Source: Lepidodermella squamata
Lineage: Eukaryota > Animalia > Gastrotricha
Direction of reading: 5' to 3'
NCBI GenBank assembly: GCA_047495785.1
Contig: JBLDXI010000024.1
Location: 2,914,001 to 2,978,000 of the forward strand
DNA length: 64,000 bases
This document shows, piece by piece, positions 13,650-25,964 of the stretch (positions within the stretch are counted from its first letter, which is position 1; each line of letters starts with the position of its first letter). The notes beneath the pieces are model-generated. The model ran no database searches and was not told the DNA's origin. It worked only from the letters and a program-made list of their open reading frames with translations. The translations under genes were made by a program, and so were the position numbers.

Positions 13650-13830
13650 GGTGCTGACATAGAGGTGCTGAGATAAAATAACCTTGGGCTGTTGGAATAT
13701 ATTATTTAGAATCAAAGAGGGATTAATTTGTAGTTTTGAGAGGTTAACAGGGCATGAGATTTTTATAACGGCGACCATCATTTGGGATCATCATTGAGAG
13801 CCAGCAGCAGCCTGAAAAAATGAAAGACTT
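13650..13830 (+). pseudogene. Remnant promoter and exon 1 of an R9-like class B copy
   Basis: Matches 31000-31170, but the ATG is changed to TTG and the GT donor is lost. Confidence 0.6.
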
Positions 13831-14396
13831 CTTTTTGGTACATTCTCGGTGAGCCGCCGACCCCCTCACCTTCACTTTCTCCCCTGTTTCTTCTTCCACT
13901 TTCTACGTGTAAAAAACCCACTCAAAGATGTCTACTTTGTCTACTTGTGGCAAAATTTAAGATTTATTATTTGACGACCATCCACCCGAAGGTGCTCTCG
14001 GTCCGGATGTCAGAGTCACATAAAACATGATAAAATTGACGGCGCACAGATCGGCAGATAATATAGAATAATATTGTTTTCTATTTTTGATGAGAAGAAG
14101 TATTTTAATTCTTTTTTAAATTATGCAGCGAATGACTCGTCTGAAGTTAGCTATGTGATGTTTTCGCAGTCAGAATTGAGTTCGTTTGGTGATTCGGACA
14201 GGTTCAGAGGGCGACCAAGGCATTTGCTATAACAAACTATAAAACAAATGTAGTTACTTGTAAAGATGTCTGCTACCATGACCTTATCGCGAAAAGCCGT
14301 TACCTGATAAGGGTACAAGTCTCATTAGATATTCGCTACAATAAATTATATTCCAAACATAAAAAATAACAACTGCTGCTTTCTGAACCACATCAA

Positions 14397-15680
14397 ATGG
14401 CCAAATCGGAGCACAGCGATGACTTGAAAGCGGTAAGTCTTTGGCTTGCTTCAACGAAAATTGGATAATTATGATTATCATTTTTTAGGCTATAACGTGC
14501 GCAATATGTTTGGAATCCTATAAAAACCCGCGGATGATGCAGAACTGCTCTCACACTTTTTGTGAAGATTGTATAATCGGGCTGATTCCCAAAGTCACCC
14601 CTGCTCCGCATAACCCATTCGCACCTGCCTTGATACCACACCACACACAGCAACAGCAACAGCAACTGCAATTACCTGTCTTCATGCATATTCCACAGCA
14701 ACAGCAACAGCAACAGGAAATCATGTGCCCAGTATGCCGCTCGCCGAATGTTGTATTGGGCGGAGGCATCGCTACCTGGAAGAAAAACCATGTTGCTGCG
14801 GAAATAGCCGAGTTTTTTCGCCAACAAGAGTCCTTATTGGCTGCGAATCAAGCTAGTACTGGAATTACATCTGATGACCCTTTAATGAGCTTCAAATGCG
14901 AACATTTCATTGTTGTCAATCAACGAAAAACCTGCCCGCATTGCAAGCAGTCGTTTTGCCAATCTTGTCTATTTGTTCACATGGAAAGAATGAAACAGCG
15001 CATGAAACAAATTCGAGAAAAATGGGCGCAACAATTTCCGACTCGCTCATCTCTGGATGACTTGGACGAAGGTCTTGATTTTTTGGCTAAATCGCTCGAT
15101 CATCAAATCGCCTCGGCGGGAGTCGCGATATGTGAAACGACAAAGGACATTTTGCGAGCCGTTGAAAAGGTTCTCCAGGAGAAGGCTGACAGCCTGTCGG
15201 CTAAATCTTTGGAAATTAAAGAGAGAAAGCTTGACCCATTGCGCAGAGCTATCGAGCTGGCGTCGAGGCAAAGTACCACACCTGCTGATACCAACAGTCA
15301 AATCGATACTGTGATGGCTAACTCGGTTCTCGAGCACAGTTGCGATGGGATTGCTGAGCTTCTGATAAAAGTTGAACAAGCTGACGAACAGGTTTGAGAG
15401 GTTCAAAATTACTGTAATCCATGTTAAACAGCTGTTTCAGCTTGGCAGAATGGGCTTTATCCCAAATCCCGAAATATTGTTCGCTCCAGCAACTGAAACG
15501 ATCAAGCAATGTCTACGAGTGTTAACCGACACGTTGTCGCTTGGTCACATCGCCGTATTAGATAAAGAACCACAGCCACCACTGCATAATGATGTAGTGC
15601 ATAGGCGTCGAAAACATATTCCTATCATAGATCCAGGAACTGGTCTTGAAATCGGGCGTAATTTTATAAATTATAAATAA
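14397..15680 (+). CDS. Class A TRIM-like gene (R4) with poly-Q insertion inside the RING; propeller domain lost (truncated gene or pseudogene)
   Basis: Exons 14397-14432 (GT donor), 14489-15391, then 15441 to a stop at 15680. Only duplicated, broken pieces of the last propeller exons remain, at about 16210-16400 and 16566-16852. Confidence 0.7.
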
Positions 15681-16954
15681 TCATCCTATTGTGGTCAGGT
15701 GTCATAACGAACGTCGACTTCAACGAAAACTTGCTTGCAAACTCGAGTGGCACGAGCCAAACTTTGCACTTCCGCATGTTGCCAACATCGCTTGTAGTGA
15801 ACTATGTTTAACGAACGTTTCGCTGAACTGAACGATTCTGGGTGGTTTGGCGCCAGCTTTAAGCGTGATATTCACTATTCACATATTTTATATTGAACTT
15901 ATGTCCGACGTGCGGTGACAAGTGAGACGTGGCAAACGATTTCCAAGCAATTTCGGCCAGCTATTTTTCACTAGGCGTCTGAAAAGGCAACAGCTGACGC
16001 ATTCTAATCGAACGTCGAAATTGCTTGAAACCAAATTTTCGAATGACTTCGAAGCGATAGTGCCGAAATTCTCAGTTGATATAGCACAGAACGCAAATAT
16101 GGGGTTTCCGCTCAAATCTTGAAACCGTTGAGGTTTCGGTATTGGGACTTTTCAAACGATAAAACGAGATGATTAGATTATATTAGATTAAAGCGCTGAT
16201 ATACCTCCATTGAAGATTCATGCAGCAATAGAAATTACGGACGGAGGAGCCGGCATTCAAGTTAGTGTGAAATTTATGGATTGTGAATTTTCAAGTATTT
16301 TCCTGATAATTTTTTCCGTTAAATTGTGCCGTGTCAGCTTGGATGAACAACCACCCACACTTGAGCAGAGCCAAGCACTCGCACCATCAAGTTATTTTCA
16401 TTGATTTCATTGCTTGGCGTATACTGCTTGCTAATGGGACGTTACTAAAAAATGTCATTGTGTTTGAAATATTTCATATGATAATAAATTGGGACGGGTA
16501 TTCCCAGTCCGGTGTTTGCACTGCAGAACAACGCCGAACATAACGCAGATTTCCATCTATGCTTTATCGAGGATTCATGCGGCAGTAGAATTTTCATGAC
16601 GGCAGGAGTAGCCGGCATTAATATTAAAGTAAAATCTGTAATTGTTCAAGTATTTTACTGAATTTTTCATTTATGGTGTGCTCTGTCAGCTCAGACGAAC
16701 AGCTTCCGACTCCTGAGCTGGGCCACGAAATAACAGCGAGCGAATTTTCAACCTCAGCAATAGATGGGCTGGCGAGGTGGTTTCTCGGTAAATGACATCG
16801 CATTCTTGAGCCAAGCACTCGCAAAATCAAGCTCATTTCAGTGATGAATTAAAATGTTGCCTGGAGTCTACTGAGAGCATGCAAATAATACCGTAGCTGC
16901 TCAAACGGTTGACTTGATTCGCAGCCGATCTCTACCAGCAGCTTTTCAGGGAAT

Positions 16955-17270
16955 CAAGACGATCCCTTGAACAATTTCATCTGCTCGCACCTCGTCTTCG
17001 GTGGGGAATCACGAGCGGTTTGCCCGCATTGCGAGAAATCTTGCTTATTCGTTCATATGGAGCGTATGAAACAACATCGAATTCAAGCTATTCGCGAAAA
17101 ACTAGGCAAATCTTTTAAAAAGTCGTATAACACTCAAACAATAGCCAAGTATGATACCCAGTTTTGCAGAGCGTTACTGAAGAAATAGCCTCGGCAAGGG
17201 ACCAAATGATTAGAAGAATTTTTGGAATTCTGAACAAGAAATCGGCAACATTGTGAAGCCGACATTGCGT
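16955..17270 (+). pseudogene. Degraded B-box/coiled-coil remnant of a TRIM-like copy
   Basis: FICSHLVFGGESRAVCPHCEKSCLFVHMERMKQ..IREK, then stops and frameshifts. Confidence 0.65.
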
Positions 17271-17851
17271 CTCAAGAAAAATCAGAATATCAAATCAGCG
17301 TCGTTCTTGCAGCAAAACCGGCTCATTTTTCGCCTACTGTCCTCATTTACCTAACAACCCACGAATATAAAAATTCAGCCTGTAATACCTATTCCTGCAG
17401 GCTGCTCTATTGTTCAGGAAACAGTTTGCACCCATTGCAGGAAATCGTTCTGCAAATCTTTCATGCAGACCCAACAACACTGAGAAGACAGCAATTTTCG
17501 AGACCCCAACTTAAACAGAGACATCTTTGAAAAAACAGAGAGTAACTTAAATTCTGGTGTAAACTCCATTGCTGATTCATATTCCATATCCTTATCGCCC
17601 CATACAGAACGCAAAACGGTGCACGAAAAGCGGCGAGATATGACAAGCTTGGACTGTGAAAGTGTATATTTAGAATCCCAAGAGGAATCATCTTATTTTT
17701 GGTTTGAGATTTAAAAGGGCATGAGGCTTTTCACAGCCACCCACATATCGGCTCATCATGGAAAGCTTACAACAGTCTGGCAAAGCCAAAGAAGTAAGAT
17801 TGTGATACTTCCTACGATTTAATACACACTACATAGTTACATTTTAAAATA

Positions 17852-17967
17852 CAGGGCGTTCGCGTAATAATACTCTTCTAAAAATAGCTTTGCTACTTTT
17901 TGCATGCATTTTAGCTTTATTGTAGCTATTTTTAGCTCGCCCAGAGTATTATTACGCGAACGCCCTG
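17852..17967. mobile_element. 116-bp Tc1/mariner/pogo-type MITE
   Basis: TIR CAGGGCGTTCGCGTAATAATACTC / GAGTATTATTACGCGAACGCCCTG, flanked by TA on both sides. Confidence 0.8.
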
Positions 17968-17969
17968 TA

Positions 17970-20478
17970 TAACACTGTGTCTATATTTTTAACCTTGAAA
18001 CACAAATATATATTTTTTCATACTTCAAATATAGATTTGAATATGAACTATATTTCTGATCTATATCTGAAATATAGATTCATGTGTATCTATATTTTTG
18101 ACCTGGAAAATCTATATTTGTATGATATAACATGAGTAGGAATCTATATTTGAGAGAAGCACGAAATATAGATCGAGTAAAACGAATGAAACGAGTGAAA
18201 TCGAGGCGGAACGAGCCGGTAGGCGAGTGGAGACGAGATTTCACGAGGTGAATGAGTTTTACGAGATCTATACGAGTGCTTCACGAAAATATAGGTTTCT
18301 ACGAATGTTGTATCGTAAAATATTACACGGTGTCTATATTTTTCGCAACGCAGTAGTAATAGAAAATAAAAAATCCACCTTAAAATTTCACCTAAAAATG
18401 GCTTTATTCTCATTCTCGCTCATTTTTTCTCATTCGTTCGAATTTCGTCTCGTTTTGAAAGTCGATTTTCTGTCCGACCCTATGCTCGAATTTCACGAAC
18501 AAATGCTCCCGGAATTCTGCTCAGATTGGCAATGCGCTGCATTCGAAGCGAATGGTTCGAAACCCACCAACCCTGAAAGCTGCTTCTTTCGAAATCAACG
18601 TTGGCGAAACTTTCCGCCTTTGCTTCTGAAGAAACTGGTTCGATTTGAACGACACGCTTGGATCCGATCAAAGAAGCTCAGCGCAGTCCGTCGAAATTGC
18701 ATCTCTGGTTGTTTAAAATGGCTCAGTTTCGGACAAGCGCATCGCAATGGTGTTTGGTACGTGGATGCTTTCAACGCGATTGAATCGGAACTGTCGCTGA
18801 CAACGCTGCAAGTTGGGGGCGAAATGCTGTCGGATTTCCTGGATCTTCTGCGCAGCGTTCCCGGTGCTTTCGGAGGCGACTTGCTCACCGAATCTGTTCG
18901 AGGATCTTCTGCACGAGCCGACCCACGAAACGCTGCCGAATTCATGAAAAGTGGGGACGAAATGCTGCCCGATTTTCTGGATTTTCGGAGCAATTCTGTT
19001 GCCTACGACGGATTTTTGCTTGCCGAATGAAAGCCTGCCAAGCTGCCTCCGTCAAAATTATTCTCAATATTGAATTTCTCTACTTTCTTTCATAATAAAT
19101 TGCGTTGCGAAAACTATATTCCAGTGTTTTCCGTTAGAATGAGCTGTTTCAAGACCTCGGGAACCTTTGGTAGGGTTGAAAATGGGCGTTCTATATTCGA
19201 AATATAGAATTACCAAGTCGAAAATATAGATCAACTGAATCTATATTTCAGATATAGAACAGAAATATAGTTCATATTCAAATCTATATTTGAGATATGA
19301 AAAAATATAGATTTGTGTTTCAAGGTTAAAAATATAGACACAGTGTTATATTTTGAATATAGATGCCCATTTCCAAGCCCAATACTTCCGAGGTCTTGAA
19401 ACAGCTAATTCTAGCTGAAAAACACAGGGATAGAGTTTTCGCAACGCAATTTATTATGAAAGAAAATGGAGAAATTCAATTTTGAGAATAATTTAGACGG
19501 GGACAGCTTGGCAGGCGGGCTGCAAAATTGGCCGTAGGAACCAGAATTTCTCACAAAACTCCGGAAAATCGGGCAGCATTTCGTCCCCGCTGTGCATGAA
19601 TTCGCAGCGATTCGTGGGTCGGATCGCGCAGAAGATCATCGAACAGGTACGGTCAGCAAGTCGTCTCCTTAGATCGATAGAACGCGCCGGGAACACTGAG
19701 CAGAAAATCCAGTAAGTCGGACAGCATTTTGACCCCAATTCGCAGAAATCACCACCTTGAAACTTGATTGAACTTGGAACACTCTGCCGGCGACAGTTCC
19801 GGTTCGATCACGTTGAAAACATCGACGTACCAAGCACCGTTGCGACGCGCTTATCCAAAACTGAGCCATTTTCAACAACCGGAATGAAATTCCGACGGAC
19901 TGCTTGACCTTCTTTCATCGCCACCAAACGTGTCGTTCAAATCGAACCAGTTTCTTCGGATTGTAAAGGCGCATGGTTTTTGCGAACGTTGATTTCGAAG
20001 GAACCAGGTTTCAGGGTTGATGGTTTATCGAACCATTCGGCTTCAATTGCGGCAGCTTTGCCAATCGGAGCAGAATTCTTGGAGCATTTGTTCGTGAAAT
20101 TCGAGCAGAAATCCGGTCGGACAGAAAATCGACTTTCAAAACGAGACGAAATTCGAACGAATGAGAAAAATAAGCGAGAATGAATAGAAAGCCATTTTTC
20201 AATGAAATTTCAAGTTGGATTTTTATTATTTATTATTTTGCGTTGCGAAAAATATAGACACGTGTAATATTTTACGATACAACATTCGTAGAAACCTATA
20301 TTTTCGTGAAGCACTCGTATAGATCTCGTAAAACTCATTCACCTCGTGAAATCTCGTCTCCACTCGCCTACCGGCTCGTTCCGCCTCGATTTCACTCGTT
20401 CCATTCGTTTCACTCGATCTATATTTCGTGCTTCACTCAAATATAGATTCCTACTCATGTTATATCATACAAATATAG
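17970..20478. repeat. Composite inverted-repeat structure A-B-A'-B' rich in CTATATTT/AAATATAG
   Basis: About 17970-18115 is inverted at about 19205-19348. About 18112-19207 is inverted at about 19348-20478. Confidence 0.85.
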
Positions 20479-21610
20479 AATTGTCCTTAAAAATATACGT
20501 CGAGTAGCTTTGACAATTCGATATTTTACGGTATGACATTCGTAAATCGTTCAGATATAAACTGTTTACTCATGTTATACCATACAAATATACCTTAGAT
20601 TCTCACGTGTGCGATTTGCTTGGGGTATTTTGTACAACCCAAACATTTTCCAGGCTGCTTGCATACATTCTGCGAGGGCTGCCTGGTCCAATTACTAGGA
20701 AGTGGCAATAATATTGCTTGTCCCAGCTGTCGCAAAACTCAATTTGTAAGCGGCTCCGGAATTAAAGGGTGGAAGACCGATTTAATCGCCGCTGAAATGG
20801 TGGATTTGATGCAAAGCTGTTTTTCAGCGATGCCAGCCAAGAAAGGGAATTCGCTGGGGGATTTCAGCTGCGCCCATCTTGCTTTGGGTGGGAAATCTAC
20901 GCAGTGCTTACACAGTAGCCAATCATTTTGTGAACTTTGCTGCATTGTGCACAATGAGCATATGGAAGTGCAGCTTCAGAAAATTAGTGAACAATGGGCA
21001 AAAACCTTAGGCAGTTCGCTTCTGCTGAGTTCTTGGAAACTCGAAGTCGGATATCGGCCTGGTATGATGACCAAATGAAGAAGATGGATGAATCTATCGC
21101 CGCTGTGAGTGAGCAAATCATGGAAAGAATCGCCGGAAACTTTCGCAAGCAATCCGAGGCGTCATTGTCCCAGGCGGCCGAGCAAAAGCTAAAACAACTG
21201 GAACAGTTTCATGCGGCCGCTGATGAAGCCTACAAAAGTTCCGAAGAAACCAACAGCAAAATACAATCCATTCTAAAGTCATCCGTCTTACATCTGAGCT
21301 GCGATGAAATTGCTGATGCGTTATGCCAGGTAGAATCGTTTGTGTTGTGTCTTGTCCAATCCAGGTCAGATTATTGAGGTCAGGTAGGAAAAGCACATGG
21401 CCGCTACTCACCACGTGGCCGCTGGGCTGGTCGAGCTTCGCCATTATGGTCATTATGTTTTATGGCTGTGTTTAATAAATTGCTTTTCTTGATCATATGG
21501 ATTTAATGTTGATACATTGATAGGGGATCTTTTACGATTAAATAAAATACAAGAAGATTGTCAATCGGTCTTTTGTTAAACACAACAAATTGGCGACGCA
21601 GTAAAAGCAA

Positions 21611-22660
21611 ATGGCGGATCCAGTAGCAACAACGGCAACCGACACAATGGCTCAATTGCTGCAACAGCTGGTCACTTTGAATATCGCTACTCAATCGACG
21701 CTGAACAATCACAGCGAAGCTATTCAAAAGCTGCTAGCGGAAAATGAAACGAAAACGACGCGAGAGTTCGCTGGTTTCAATCCACAAACCGAATTGTGGG
21801 AAGACTACAAGGGCAGGTTCGACACATACGCCCGAGCTCATGGTAAAACCAGTACGAAGGCAGCATATTTCCTGGCTTGTCAAACGGATGCCATGTATAA
21901 AGAGCTGCAACTACATGCAAAACAGCAACATGACAAAGAAATCAACAACTTGAAGTACGAAGAAATTTGTGCATACATGGCGTCGCAATACGACCCGAAA
22001 AAGTTTGTCGTCCGCGAACGGCACAAATTTTGGTCCAACATGGGTCGGAAGACAAATGAATCAATTCAACAACTGGTAAGCCGAATCCGCGCCGACGCTG
22101 CTACCTGCGATTTTCCATCTATCAAAGATCCCCTCGACGAAGCGTTAAGAACTCGGTTTATTTGCTCAATCAAAAACGAAGCAGTCTTGCGAGCCTGTTA
22201 CAAAATCAAAGACGACGAACTTACCTTCGCCAAAGCAGTGGAAGTGGCTATCGAAACCGAAGAGGCGGCTAAAACAGCGAAAGAAACGGTCGCTCCGGCG
22301 CCTCAGCCGGTTCATCAATTGTCTGCGAAACCTAAGAAGTTCGGTAATAACTCGAAATTTCAACGAAAGAATTTCCAAAAATCGAATCAACAATCATCGC
22401 AACCACCAGCAAACCAGCCCTCCCAGCTGCCTTGCGGATCTTGCGGTAAATCAGGTCATCCTCGTAAAAGCTGTTTCTATCGCGACTACGACTGCAATGC
22501 ATGCGGTAAACATGGTCACATCGCAGCAGCTTGTCGCTCAAACAACGCCGAAACTAAACCGGTCAAGGTTATCACGCTTCATAATCACAAATCGATCGCA
22601 CTGCATAAAGTTACTGATTCGACTGAAGTTGTCTACGAAGATATTCATTTTTGGTCTTAA
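21611..22660 (+). CDS. Gypsy Gag with two CCHC zinc knuckles
   Basis: W..Y..RF motif, ERHKF..Q/R..ESIQQLVSRIRADAATCDF, CGSCGKSGHPRKSC and CNACGKHGHIAAAC. Confidence 0.9.
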   Translation: MADPVATTATDTMAQLLQQLVTLNIATQSTLNNHSEAIQKLLAENETKTTREFAGFNPQTELWEDYKGRFDTYARAHGKTSTKAAYFLACQTDAMYKELQLHAKQQHDKEINNLKYEEICAYMASQYDPKKFVVRERHKFWSNMGRKTNESIQQLVSRIRADAATCDFPSIKDPLDEALRTRFICSIKNEAVLRACYKIKDDELTFAKAVEVAIETEEAAKTAKETVAPAPQPVHQLSAKPKKFGNNSKFQRKNFQKSNQQSSQPPANQPSQLPCGSCGKSGHPRKSCFYRDYDCNACGKHGHIAAACRSNNAETKPVKVITLHNHKSIALHKVTDSTEVVYEDIHFWS

Positions 22661-24146
22661 AAAATTTCATAATTTTTTGTTTGGTAGACACTTTTCGGTC
22701 GTCACTGATCACAAACCACTGTTGGCTTTGTTCAACCCGAAGAAAGGTGTGCAGCAAATGGCTGCAAAACGACTAGCCAGGTGGTGTTGGATGCTTCAAC
22801 AGTACGACTACGAAATCGAATTCAGGCGAACCGAAGACCATGGCAACGCCGATGCTCTGAGTCGTTTACCGGTCGGTGAAGATCCCAAATTCGATGGGGA
22901 GGAAAGTGCAGATGATGTTGATATGGTTCTGACAATCAAAACAATCGGGTACCAATCAACGAATGAAGCAAACGCTATGACTCGAGAGTCGGTTCGTGAC
23001 CCAATCGTGTCCAAAGCCGCGATGTTTATTCGAAATGGTTGGCCTAATCAACTGGATGAACAAGAGCTGCGAGATCTTAAAAAACTCTCACCGTATTTGT
23101 CAATTAACGGACCTTGTGTATTTTATGGAAACAGGTTGCTTATTCCCAAGAATTTGCGTGAAGATGTTCTGAAAGTCGTTCACCTGGGACATTTCGGTAT
23201 CCAGCGAATGAAGCAACTGGCTCGAACGGCGGTCTACTGGCCGGGTATCGATGATGCGATAAATAACCTGGCTAAAACCTGTTCAAGCTGCAACGAACAT
23301 CAAAACAACCCGATCAAAGCACCTGTTCACCCTTGGTCACTTCCGGAACAACCTTGGACTCGAGTTCATGTCGATCATGCGATAAATTTCCTCGAGTCGA
23401 ATTGGCTGATCTTGGTGGATTCAACATCGCGCTATCCTTGCATTCACCCCACCAAATCACTGACGGCCAAAACGACTTTGGAATTGCTCGATGAAGATTT
23501 CGCTCATTTCGGTTTTCCTCAGGTGCTGGTTACCGATAATTTTCCCATGTTTCATTCAGAAGAATTTCAACGGGGTTGTGCGGATCGGGGAATCATCCAC
23601 TTGACTGGCGCACCGTATAAGCCGGAAACTAACGGACTAGCTGAACGATTTGTTGAGACCTTCAAAAACTCAATGAAAAAGTCATCGTTAACGAAAGCGG
23701 ATGCCTTGAACGAATTCCTGATGGTCTATCGTCGTACTCCTTTGGCGAATGGCTATTCACCAAGCGAATTACTCAACGGTCGCCAAATTCATGCAAAAAT
23801 TGATACCCTGGTGTTAAACCCGATTTTGAATGACCAAAAGCGACAAGCGACTCGAACCGAAACGGCGACTACGGCAACCACCTTTACTACTGGTGATGAA
23901 GTCTGGGCTCGTGTCCTGGGCGGTCGTCTCGCGAATCGTGATCCAAAATGGGTAGCTGCGGTTGTCGAACAAGTTTGTGGACCCCGACGTTATCAAATTC
24001 GAGTTCTATCTGATGATTTACTTTGGACTCGTCACGTCGATCAACTTTGTCCACGTTTTGGCGATGCTCCACCTGAACCTCCGGTGATCAATCCAACTCC
24101 TGAAATTGGCTTACGTAGAAGTCCGCGCTTACAAGTTCGTCTGTGA
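22646..24146 (+). CDS. Gypsy Pol remnant: C-terminal part of RNase H + complete integrase
   Basis: IFGLKKFHNFLFGRHFSVVTDHKPL..NADALSRLP; HHCC (H.GH..CSSC); DDE motifs VHVDH / TDN / NGLAERF. Different frame from gag. Confidence 0.85.
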
Positions 24147-24789
24147 CGTCTTTGCTGCGGGTCTCAAAGACTGGTGAGGAGGTGTTGTGTCTTGTCCAAT
24201 CCAGGTCAGATTATTGAGGTCAAGTAGGAAAAGCACATGGCCGCTACTCACCACGTGGCCGCTGGGCTGGTCGAGCTTCGCCATTATGGTCATTATGTTT
24301 TATGGCTGTGTTTAATAAATTGCTTTTCTTGATCATATGGATTTAATGTTGATATATTGATAGGGGATCTTTTACGATTAAATAAAATACAAGAAGATTG
24401 TCAATCGGTCTTTTGTTAAACACAACAGTTTGATTTCAAAGTGAGTGCTCAGCGCAATTTGATACCATCATTTAATGTTTCTATTTTACAGCTGGTAAAC
24501 CCAGATTGCAGCCGTGGCCTGGATATATCAGTCGATCAGACTCGTATCGACGATGCGATTAGGCGGGTCAGCAAGATCCTTTCGTTATCATCATTTCTAA
24601 ACATACAATTAAAAGAAGAATAACCTGAACCATCAATATCAGCTCGAACATCTTTAAAAAAATAATGTATGACAATAGATGGGTCGAAATTTCTTACCTC
24701 ATCAGTGAGGCGTCAGCTCTAGTACCTGTTTTATATGTTGCTAAGGATACATATTACTCTAGGCGAAGCTTACACAATAACATAATAAC

Positions 24790-25282
24790 ATAATAAGAAA
24801 CCGCTTATTTAAGGGGGATTTTTTTATTTTTACAGTGAGCACCGAAGGTGCGAAAACCTTGCCCCGCCGTGAAACGCGAGCGCAGCGAGCATCACGGGGC
24901 AAGGTTTTCGTCCGAGCGAAGCGAGGGGACGCTGATTTCATCGAGCGAAGCGAGAAAAAGCACTTAAAACTCTTCGAACGAACCGAGATCACTTTTCTTG
25001 TTTCAGTATGAAATTCGTTCAAAAATGCCGTTTTCAACGTACATTTTTAAGGTTGATTTTTTAAAGTCGCATTTCACCCACGAAATTAACCTATTATGTC
25101 ACATTTTTCCATTTAAATTGCAGTTTTATCGGGAACGGTGAACGCTTCGCCTTGAGTAATATGTCTAATAAGGCCCACGGTACGGCTAGTTTCTCGGAAA
25201 AATCGCATAATAAGACTCGGCTTCGCCTCGCCTTATTATGTGAGTTTTTCCTCGAAACTAGCCTTCCCTAGGGCCTTATTTA
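24790..25282. mobile_element. Non-autonomous hairpin-rich insertion (Helitron/Helentron- or Crypton-like, unclassified)
   Basis: Stem 24851-24866 / 24895-24910. GCACCGAAGGTGC and GCGAAGC mini-hairpins. A 114-bp imperfect palindrome at 25167-25280 with a GGCTTCGCC apex. Interrupts the last exon of R5. Confidence 0.5.
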
Positions 25283-25964
25283 TACATAAAATTAATTTGA
25301 TCATTTGCTATACACATAGTCGCCTTGGCGGTGTTTGCAAATAAAATAAAATAAATGATGAGTTGACGTGAGTTAGGAAGTATTTCGATAACTGAGGACT
25401 CAGCCGAAAAGTGACCAGTTGAGGAAAAGTCGACTGAAACGAGCTCATCTGAAAGGACTCGCTCCGCCCCACACCTTCGTAGATAATAATAACCAAACGC
25501 CAAAAATATTGAATTTCAGATTTCAACCTCCAGCTGATTCGAGCTGGAACCGCGATCAGATATAGGCCTGGTATGATGTTTTCTCGCATGGTTCCCCAGC
25601 TCTCTCCGCTTCTCTAAATACTATTCACAGTCAATTGTGTCAATGGTACCCCGCCCTTCCTCTGAGCGATGACCTCGAGAGCGTCAGCCTGTCGCCCAGC
25701 CCCCACTCGTTCACCCTTCGCACAGCTGAATCGCCGGCTTCTTCTTGGTCCCCTTCCAACCTTTTTCAGTTAGCTCTCCCCACTTTCTTCCCCTTTTTGC
25801 TTCCACCTTCTCCGAGTAAAAAAACCCACCCAACAGGGATAAAGATGTCTACCACGACCTTATCGCTAAAAGCAGCTACCGGATAAGGGCACAAGCCTCA
25901 TTAGATAGTCACTAAAATAAATTATATTCCAATAATAAGAAGTGCTGCCTTTGAACCACATCAA

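Larger units (their letters stand above)
21343..24427 (+). mobile_element. Ty3/Gypsy (Mag-like) LTR retrotransposon, internally deleted (no protease or RT)
   Basis: 245-bp LTRs at 21343-21587 and 24183-24427 (TGTTG..CAACA, two mismatches seen). 5-bp TSD GTTTG. PBS-like TGGCGAC at 21591. Purine tract just before the 3' LTR. Confidence 0.95.
17758..25486 (+). pseudogene. Class B TRIM-like pseudogene (R5) carrying three separate insertions
   Basis: Exon 1 17758-17793. Intron 1 is expanded to 2.8 kb. Exon 2 starts at 20599 with a frameshift near 21015 and is split by the LTR element at 21343-24427. The last exon is split by an insert at about 24590-25370. The tail SAPPHLRR* lies at about 25460-25486. 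Confidence 0.85.

Noticed and set aside
14551-14769. Minus-strand poly-Cys ORF (metallothionein-like)
   Set aside because: It is simply the antisense reading of the CAG/CAA poly-Q tract in R4.
18227-19030. 267-aa ORF in the inverted-repeat element as a transposase
   Set aside because: No DDE or other motif, and the inverted copy does not preserve the frame.
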